Positions 55,393-64,000 of a DNA stretch of 64,000 nt are shown here, piece by piece. Position numbers and translations under genes: made by a program. The stretch is taken from the NCBI RefSeq assembly GCF_009914755.1, contig NC_060927.1. One strand, written 5' to 3'. Positions within the stretch are counted from its first letter, which is position 1. Every line of letters begins with the position of its first letter. The DNA comes from the human T2T-CHM13v2.0 reference genome, Homo sapiens. Below the pieces are notes generated by a model that worked only from the letters and a program-made list of their open reading frames with translations, ran no database searches and had not been told where the DNA came from.

Positions 55393-58355
55393 AGGCCACT
55401 CTTAATAAAAGGCAAGGACACTTGTTGGACCTCGGTTAGAGGCCCAGTTTAGGAGGGTTAGAGTCTCTTCTACGATTTAGGGGGTTAGAGGCACCTCTTG
55501 GTAAAGTCCCTTTAAGAACAGGTTTTGCACTATGGGGTGCTAACTGCTATTCTCTTTGGATTAATCTGCCTTGTACTCTTTGCTGATGGCTGTGGGTGAC
55601 AGGCATGGACAGGATTGTGGGACATGAGGAGTTTTTTCCTCCCTAAAAGAGGAAACTTGAGAGGTGATGAGACTGCTGGAAAAAAATCCCTTTACGACAG
55701 CAGCTGCAGCTGCCTGAACTTTTCAGTGTCGCCGCAATGTGTGGGTCTTTCTCCTGGCCTCCCTGATCATTTCACCTTCCCCACCCTGCCAACAGGCAAT
55801 GCTTTTCTTCTCTACTTTTTATTTCCGTTTGTTATCTTTTCTATTACTCAGGGCAACCAACTTGCCCAGAGACCATGTGTTGAAACTCCTAGCCAGAGGT
55901 TGGATTAAAGATGACAGGGCCCTTCTGGGGGCAAATTTAAGCCTTGCCAGTCTGATATTGGGTGCTAAGCAGAATGACTAATGTCTATGTTTTATCACAT
56001 GTATTTTGCTCTGGCCAGAGCAAAAAAAAATTATTCTCCTTTATAATGCGGCTTGGCCCCCAGGGCTATGGTGTCACAAGCTGAATCACTAGGGTTGCTC
56101 AGGGAAAGGGAAACCAGAAGCCTGGCATGCTGGCAAAAGGGTAAGAATTTCTTACCAGTCAGATTTCTGGCTGCTCTCTGTGCAGTTGAATGGATGGTAA
56201 ATAAATAAATAAATAAATAATCAGTGTTTATCTCCTCTGTAAAGTTTTGATTAATGCGAAAAAGAATTCTAAGGCTAGTCTTAAGCTGGTGTATTTTGTG
56301 CTATGAATGTGTTTTTCTGTGTCAAGGGGTACTTTAGGTGCAAACACTGGCTTAGAACACTTGTAAGCCCACTTTTCAAGACCACCCAGCAAGCTGGTCC
56401 ATAACAAACTTGGCTGCAGGTCCCTGAAACAAACGAAAAACTGAATGAAGTCTCCACGTTGTTTTATGTCCTTGGGAGCTTGGCCTTTTAACCAGGTGGT
56501 GGTACTTTCTTTTGGTCTCTGTCTTCAGGAAACAGGAATTTTAGGGTTCATGTCAGAGTTAGCTCTAAAAATCCTATCACATAGTTAAAAGCCTCTGCAA
56601 GCTCAGGATTCACTACTCTAGATTCCTCGTGGGAAAGGAACTGGAGACTGCCCTGTGCTGTAGTTATGTCTCCTGTTAGCTTTTGAATTTGTTTGCTACT
56701 TCTGCCCAGTAGCTGCTAGTACTAGCTGCCTAGTAGCTAATGTTTTGCACTTTCACAGTGGCGGTCTGAGTTCAATTCCCCACCTAGGAAGTAAGTCATT
56801 TCTGGTTTAATATCTGTGTGACCTTGTCTATTCTCTTCTCCATGGACTGCCTTAATTTTTTGTTTCTCTAAGCACCTAGGAGGTTACCTTTGGCAAAGTT
56901 CAGAAACTAGAAATATTGGCCACTTGGCATGGCCGAAGTCGGGTAATAAGAGATCTGGAAGGATTTCTTTTTTAAAGAGCACCATGGTTAAAAATCAGCT
57001 TAATTAAAAGTGGATAAACAAGCTATACATATATTTTAAAGGCCGTTATGTTTTTGTCTCCTTGGAACTTTTTTTTTCTGGAAAAAGGTGTTTCTTCTCT
57101 GTCAATTGAATTATTTTTTCTCCAATTTTTTTTTTTTTTTGTCTTGCCACTCTTCAAGCACACATGAGAGACCCTAAGATAACTTCGGGTAGCCTGGGAC
57201 TCCTTGGGAGAAACAGAGGAGGCGCCACAGACCCCGTTTTGGGGAAAAAAACCCTCTGTTTCCCTCATGAAACCCCAGGAATTAAAAGCAAATAGATCCC
57301 TCTAAAACTCAAAGGCACTGTTCTGTTTTGCATTGTGTTATCTAACGGTTTTGAGTTTTGGGGTATCAGAAATTACTTTGCATTATGAGAGAGCTTTCGT
57401 GTGTAAGAACTAGGTAGGAAATATACTTTAAGGGATGGCTAATAGTAGTTATGGAGGGATACTTGACTCTTTGTACACTCAGCTCAGACAAGCATGCTCT
57501 TGGCCACTTGGGAGATAAGGAAACATCCCCACCCCCCACTGGGAGATGAGACACCCTTGAGGGATAGGCTGATGACAAAATGGGCTGATTGGCTTTGGGT
57601 TGCCTTGCAAGAAATGCAGAGTAGAAGCACTGCGCTATCTTCTTCCATAGTATTTCCCTCCTTTTGGGGATCCAGGAACCAGTATAAAATGACACCCTTA
57701 ATTTTGGGGATCTGTCTGCCTTCAGCTGCTTATTTGCTGCTTATTTGGCCGTAAGAACGCATGCTTTTCTGGCCCTGTTCCTCCAAGGGCTCCATCCTGA
57801 AGCCAGTAATTCAATTAAGAAACTGGCAAACGAAAAATCTTACAAGTGCTGAATCTGTCTGTCTGTGTATTTATATGTGTTATATGTTTACATATAAAAG
57901 AGCTCTAATTAATTGGCTTAGAAAAATAAGCACTTAAATCAAATATTTTGTCAGAAAAATAGAAACTTTAATGCCTTTTTGTTCATGTAACTTTAGTAAT
58001 CTTTTGGAAATAGTTTTAAAGATTATTAGTAAAATTATCTTGAAAATGTAGACATTTGGTCTAAATTAACGTCAGATATCAGATTTGCTAAATGCTTTAA
58101 GGTTGAACTGTTTATTTGACTTTTGAAAACTGTTTAATTTACCTACCTTAAAGCCATTAGATTCTAGATAGGGCCTGGGAACATGTGGAGTTAGCCTGAG
58201 AGTTAGCAGTCAGCTCCTATCTGCACTTCTGCCTGGTGTGTCCTAGGCTAGACTCCCCACCTAGTACACAATTAAAATAGCTTATTAACCAGGGTTTTCA
58301 CCAAAAATGAAAGTCACTAAAAGTTAACATTGTAACATGTAATTAAGACTACTGA

Positions 58356-58686
<331 letters not shown>

Positions 58687-61024
58687 TACTGAAGAAACAG
58701 TTTTACATGCAAGATGTATAAGAAAAGTGAAATGAGTTTTTGGTAAAAAAAGATTACAAGAAGGCATGGGAATGTGGAATTTCTTCAGCCTAGATTAAAG
58801 TGTTAAAGGATTGTTTTAAGTAAGAAAAAAAATCTAAAGGTTTAAACAAGTTGTGAAAGATTTGTAAAAATTAATTCTAAGAGATTCTATGTGTGAACAT
58901 ATTGGCTATTATTCAGTTTTTCTGTAAATTAAACACTGAAATAGAAGCACAACAGGTTTTTCTTAAAGCACTGATCTGCTCTTTCACAAAAAAATGTAAA
59001 GGGTTATAAAAGGTTTATAAGAATCTTATGTTATGGTTAAACATTAAAATTGGGTAAATATATCTATAAGGTTTTATTAAAAATTGAGTTTAATGTTAAT
59101 AGTACATTATTATAAAGGAGAAATTTGGCTCATTTGGTATAAAAATCATACAGAAAGCATTATCGAATGTGAAGTAGTGTTTTGCTTTCTTTGGACTATA
59201 TTTGCATAAATGTGTTATGTTCCAAAGTTATGGGAAACTTGGCTTTGGATTGCCTTGCAAGAAATGCAGAGTAGAAGCACTGCACTGTCTTCTCCCATAG
59301 TATTTCCCTCCTTTTGGGGATCCAGGAACCAGTATAAAATGGCACCCTTAATTTTGGGGATCTGTCTGCCTTCAGCTTTACCATGATTTGTCTTTAGTAA
59401 AAATGGGAAACTGGAGAGAGAAATATTATGTTTCAAGAATTATAGCACACTGGTTATTGAATTCTAGTATCAGTTGTTTTTAAGTTTGTTTCTGCAATTT
59501 AGGCTAACCCTGCTTATTCCTGTAAACCAACCAGTGATTTTTGACTGTTCCTCAGAAGAAACAAGAGGGATGGGTAATGTAAAAATCTGGATCGGTATTC
59601 TAATTCCGGGCACATTACAATCAGCTAACAACCCCATATCAGCTTAGTTCCAACAGTTGCCCAGTTCATGAAAAGCCTTCTAATTTAGTTTACTTGGAAT
59701 AACTTCACTTATTTTGCTTTAATCTTGTGGAATATATTGCTGTTATACTGTTTGTGCAGGAATACAGGACAAGCTTACTGAGTGCTTTCTTAAATTATAC
59801 ACTTATTAATCTTCCAGATATCACCTTCTGTCGCAACTCAAGAGTTTATAAATGGACCTTACCATACTGATGCTTTCCAACTGAGCTCCTCTCTACCCTG
59901 AATGCAAGAGACCCTCATAGTTAGGAAGAAATATTATTACCCCTATTCAGCCTGAAGAAGTTACAGAAGACAGATGTTTGTCCCTCTGCAAACCTTAGGA
60001 TTAAGGATTCTTTTATAAAAGGGAGGGGGGAAATGTCAGAGGCCTGTGAGCCAGAGCAACTTTATCTTAAACAGGAGCTGGGTAAAATGAGGGTGAAACC
60101 TACTGGGCTGCATTCCCAGATGGTTAAGGCATTCTAAGTCACAGGATAAGTTAGGAGGTCAGCATAAAATACGGGTCATAAAGACCTTGCTGATAAAACA
60201 GGTTGCAGTAAAGGAGCCAGCCAAAACCAAACAAAACCAAAATGGCCACGAGAGTGACTTCTGGTCGTCCTCACTGCTGCTCTCCCACTAGCACCATAAC
60301 AGTTTACAAATGCCATGGCAACGTCAGGAAGTTACCCTATATGGTCTAAAAAGGGGAGGCATGAATAATCCACCCCTTGTTTAGCATATCATCAAGAAAT
60401 AACCATAAAAATGGGCATCCAGCAGCCCTTGGGGCTGCTCTATAGAGTAGCCATTCTTTATTCCTTTACTTTCTTAATAAACTTGCTTTCATTTTGAAAA
60501 AAAAAAAAAAAAAAAAGAGCAAACTGCTGTAAGAGTAAAAAGAAAGCTCCAAAAAGGGATGAAACTTTCAGAAATATGAAGAGAATCCATAAAAACCTGT
60601 GTTGACAGTTCTAGACACAACTGCTACTTTCAATGTCTAGTTTCCAGTTTCTTTGAGTAAAAATGATTCATCATGCCAAACTTCATGCCAAGCCTTCTAT
60701 CAACAAACTGACCCTTTAGAATTCAGTAAAGTAAGAAGGCCAAACTTTGCAAACTTTATGCAACCTTTCAGGACACTGATTAAATAAAAGCATGAAGAAG
60801 GGCTTTGAAATTCAGTTTGTAAAGGCTATTTGACCAAGGAGGGCAATATATTGAGCAAATATTTGAATATGTGGTAAAGTAGCACAGGCACAGTCAAGTG
60901 AGACTGGTGGTAAAACAGAAACACATTGCTAACAGAAGAAGATTCTTCATAACTTCTTGCAGTATCCAAACTCATGTTACTGACGTGTCCCACTGTCATG
61001 TCCAGCTTCAGGCAATATTGTCCT

Positions 61025-61490
61025 TGTTTTAGTCCATTCCTATTGCTATGGAATAAGCAATAGGAATTCCTGTTGCTATGGAATAAGCTATGGAATGGAC
61101 TAAGACTATTGCTATGCTAAAATACCTTAGACTGCGTAATTTATAAATAACATAAATTTAGTTCTCATAGTTTTGGTGGTTGGGAAGCCAAAGATCAAGG
61201 TGACAGCAGATTCAGTGTCTGTAAGGACTCATTCTTTGATTCCAAGATGGCAACTTGTTACTGTATCCTCCCAAGGGGACAAACACTATGTCCTTACATA
61301 GCTGAAAAGATGGAAGGGCAAAAAGAGCCTAGCTCATTCCCTCCAGACCTTTTATAAGGCACTGAGCCCATCCATTAAAATGGAGCCCTCATGGCCTCAT
61401 CACCTCCTAAAGGACCCGTCTGTGAACACTGTTGCATTGGGGATTTAGTTCCGGCATGAATTTTGGAGGAAACACGAATATTCAAACCAC
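61025..61490 (-). mobile_element. MST (MSTB-like) MaLR LTR
   Basis: gggtaatttata-like start, ggttgggaagccaaagatcaaggtgacagcagattcagtgtctg, gagccctcatggcctcatcacctcctaaagg, ttcaaaccacag. Confidence 0.75.
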
Positions 61491-61519
61491 AGTGGTCCTG
61501 AAATACCACAGACCATTAA

Positions 61520-61822
61520 GTTCTAGTAGAAATACAACATAAGCCACATAAAAATGTTTAGTAGTTACATTAAAAATGGTAGAAAGAGATAAAATTAATT
61601 TTATCAATATATTTTGTTGACCCCAGTATATCCAAAACATTATTTCGATATATAATCTTGTAAAAAATTATTGAGAAATTTTACTTTTTTTTTTTTTGCC
61701 AAGTCTGAAATATGCCATTTCTTTCGTACTTACAGCACACCTCAATTAGGACTAGCCATATTCTAAGAGCTCAATAGCCACATGCATGCGGCTAATGGCT
61801 ACCATATTGGATAGTACAGTTC
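61520..61822. mobile_element. MER3/MER33-like hAT-Charlie relic
   Basis: cttacagcacacctcaattaggactagccatattc...ctcaatagccacatg...ctaatggctaccatattggatag. Confidence 0.65.
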
Positions 61823-61989
61823 TAGTCATATATAAAATATCCTGTTTTTAGGAGTCTCCATAGGAGATAATTCTTCAACTTTTTTCTGGGACCCCATTCC
61901 AGTTTTCAGTGATGCTCTAAAAATGCTCTCAAATGTACCCTAAGTCCCTATTGCCAGTGTTTGACTGTTTCATCTCATGCTGTTATTAT

Positions 61990-62720
61990 ACAATAAATAT
62001 TTATTGACTCCCTACTATATACTAGATTTTATGTTAGGTGTTGGGATATAATGGTGAGCATCAATACTGTGCTTTCTGCTTTAAGGTGCTTACACTAATA
62101 TACAAGAGAAATATTAAACAAATGAGCAAATTAAATCTGTACTTGTGACATGAATTAGTATGGAAAAGTTCCGTGAACTATGAGAATTTGTAACAGGAGG
62201 ACCTCTCTTACTCTGGAGGGACTGAGAAGCTTCCCCAGTGAAGCAGTCTTTGACTTGAAATCAGAGCCTCTTGTGTCAGGGCTCAGAGGCAAGAAAGAGT
62301 TTGCATTTTCAAGGAACTAACAGGAGGATGATGTGGCTCCAGTGGAAAGAGCTAAGGCAAGAATGATTCAAAATGAGGTAGGGGAGTTAGTCGGAGACCA
62401 AACACATGTGACTTTAGGTCATATTAAGGACCAGGATCTTCTGCCAAAGAGTAACAGAAACCACTGTATTACTGGATTTACATATTGGAATATCACTCTG
62501 TTGTAGACTGGAGAATGGATCTGAAGGGAAAAGGGTGAATGTGAGAAGACCTTTCAGGGAGCTACTTTTTAATCCAAGTAAGAGAACTGAGGCAGTGACT
62601 GTCTAATGGCATAAACTGATGACCTTGAGACATATTTAGTAAATAAAACTGCTAGGACTCTGACTGACTGGGTGGAGGAGACTGCAGGAAATGGGGAAGA
62701 GGCGTGTCCAAGCTGACTCC
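61990..62720 (-). mobile_element. L2 fragment
   Basis: caataaatatttattgactccctactat tail plus purine-rich body. Confidence 0.55.
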
Positions 62721-63590
62721 TGGCTTTCTGACTCGTTCAAGTAAGTGGATGTGCATGTGTTGCTTCTTAAAGAGAGTTCTCTTAGCTCTCCTCTGGATAG
62801 AAATTTGAGGGTAAGGTATTCCTCATCTAAAATAAAAAATACAGTGTTAATTTGCCTGTCATTTCTTTCTTGAATCAGAATGTAATTCTTTGGTGTTAAG
62901 GGTAGGATGTTATAAAGAAAAAACATTAACCATGAGCTTCTGTCCATCTGTTAAGCTTTACTTACTGAATAATCACTCAGTAAATAAACTGGATGAATCA
63001 CTTAATGATTTTACTGTTTTGAAAGCTAGTGTATGTTTTCTTATAAATTAAATAATCTTTCCGTGACAGACAGTATTATTGCCGTAGTACTGTCATGAGT
63101 ATTATGACAGTCTTTGCAGAGGAAGGAAACAATCAAAACAATCAAAGGAATACAATCAAAGAACAATTTGTCTGACCTTGAAGTTTTGTAAACCAATTAA
63201 GAAACCACAACAATAAAGCTTTTATTTTTCTTTACAATTGGTTTGCACAGATTCATAATTATTCGTAGCTAATCATTAAAAATTACATCTCTTTTAAAAT
63301 TAGTTATTAAATATGTAACTTACTTCCTAATCAAAGTCAAATCACATGAAGACTTCAAATTGCCAGATAATTCAAAATAGTTGGACACTGACAATCATGT
63401 TCATTCATTTATTCATTCATTCATGGGATAATAATTAAGTGTCTAGATACTTAACACAATAGACAACCCTTTAGGGGTTTACAATATAGTGGTGAAGGCA
63501 TAAATGAATAAACACATAAATAAATAAATAATGCATTGTCAGTAGTGATAAGTATTATTATTAAAAACAGACAGGGATAAAAAGCCATAG

Positions 63591-63877
63591 AGCTGGGTGT
63601 GGTGGCTCACACCTGTAATCCCAGCACTTTGGGAGGTGGAGGTGGGCGGATCATGAGGTCAGGAGATCGAGACTATCCTGGCCAATATAGTGAAACCCCA
63701 TCTCTACTAAAAATACAAAAATTAGCTGGGTGTGGTGGCATGTGCCTGTAATCCCAGCTACTCGGGAGGCTGAAGCAGGAGAATCGCTTGAACCCAGTGA
63801 GCCGAGATCGCGCCACTGCACTCCAGCCTGGCAACAGAGTGAGACTCCGTCTCAAAAAAAAAAAAAAAAAAAAAAAA
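63591..63877 (+). mobile_element. AluSc-like with small right-arm deletion
   Basis: gaacccagtgagccg junction; poly(A); flanks aaaagccataga on both sides. Confidence 0.88.
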
Positions 63878-64000
63878 TCACAAAAGCCATAGAGCAACGA
63901 CAAGAGCTGTCTTAGCTCCACCATGAAGAAAGATCTCTCAGTATGGGAATATTTGAGCAGTGCCCCAAGGAAGTGAGGGAGTAATCTGGGAAAATATCTG

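Noticed and set aside
63089-63111. 8-bp hairpin ACTGTCAT/ATGACAGT
   Set aside because: Too short to exceed chance expectation in 64 kb.

Overview
Human genomic DNA; an AluYb8 insertion marks it as human rather than another primate. The left end holds the first three coding exons of CFAP20DC (C3orf67; CFAP20/DUF667-type N-terminal domain) on the minus strand. Its CpG-island promoter (~4050-4650) carries an RFX X-box, NRF1, CCAAT and CRE-like sites and looks bidirectional. The other ~59 kb are non-coding and repeat-rich, and probably host the divergent lncRNA on the plus strand. They include a solo LTR12C, a near full-length L1PB, many Alus, and MLT/MST/THE1, L2/MIR and DNA-transposon relics. 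Most interesting: (1) a ~10 kb MER41A retrovirus-like element built as R-U5-internal-U3-R-poly(A), i.e. an ERV RNA apparently retrocopied by L1 machinery, whose ends mark the LTR's start and poly(A) sites; (2) a single Alu with a twin-priming-style 5' inversion; (3) several locally templated repair scars. No novel protein-coding system is supported. Repeat subfamily names come from recalled consensus sequences, not a database search.
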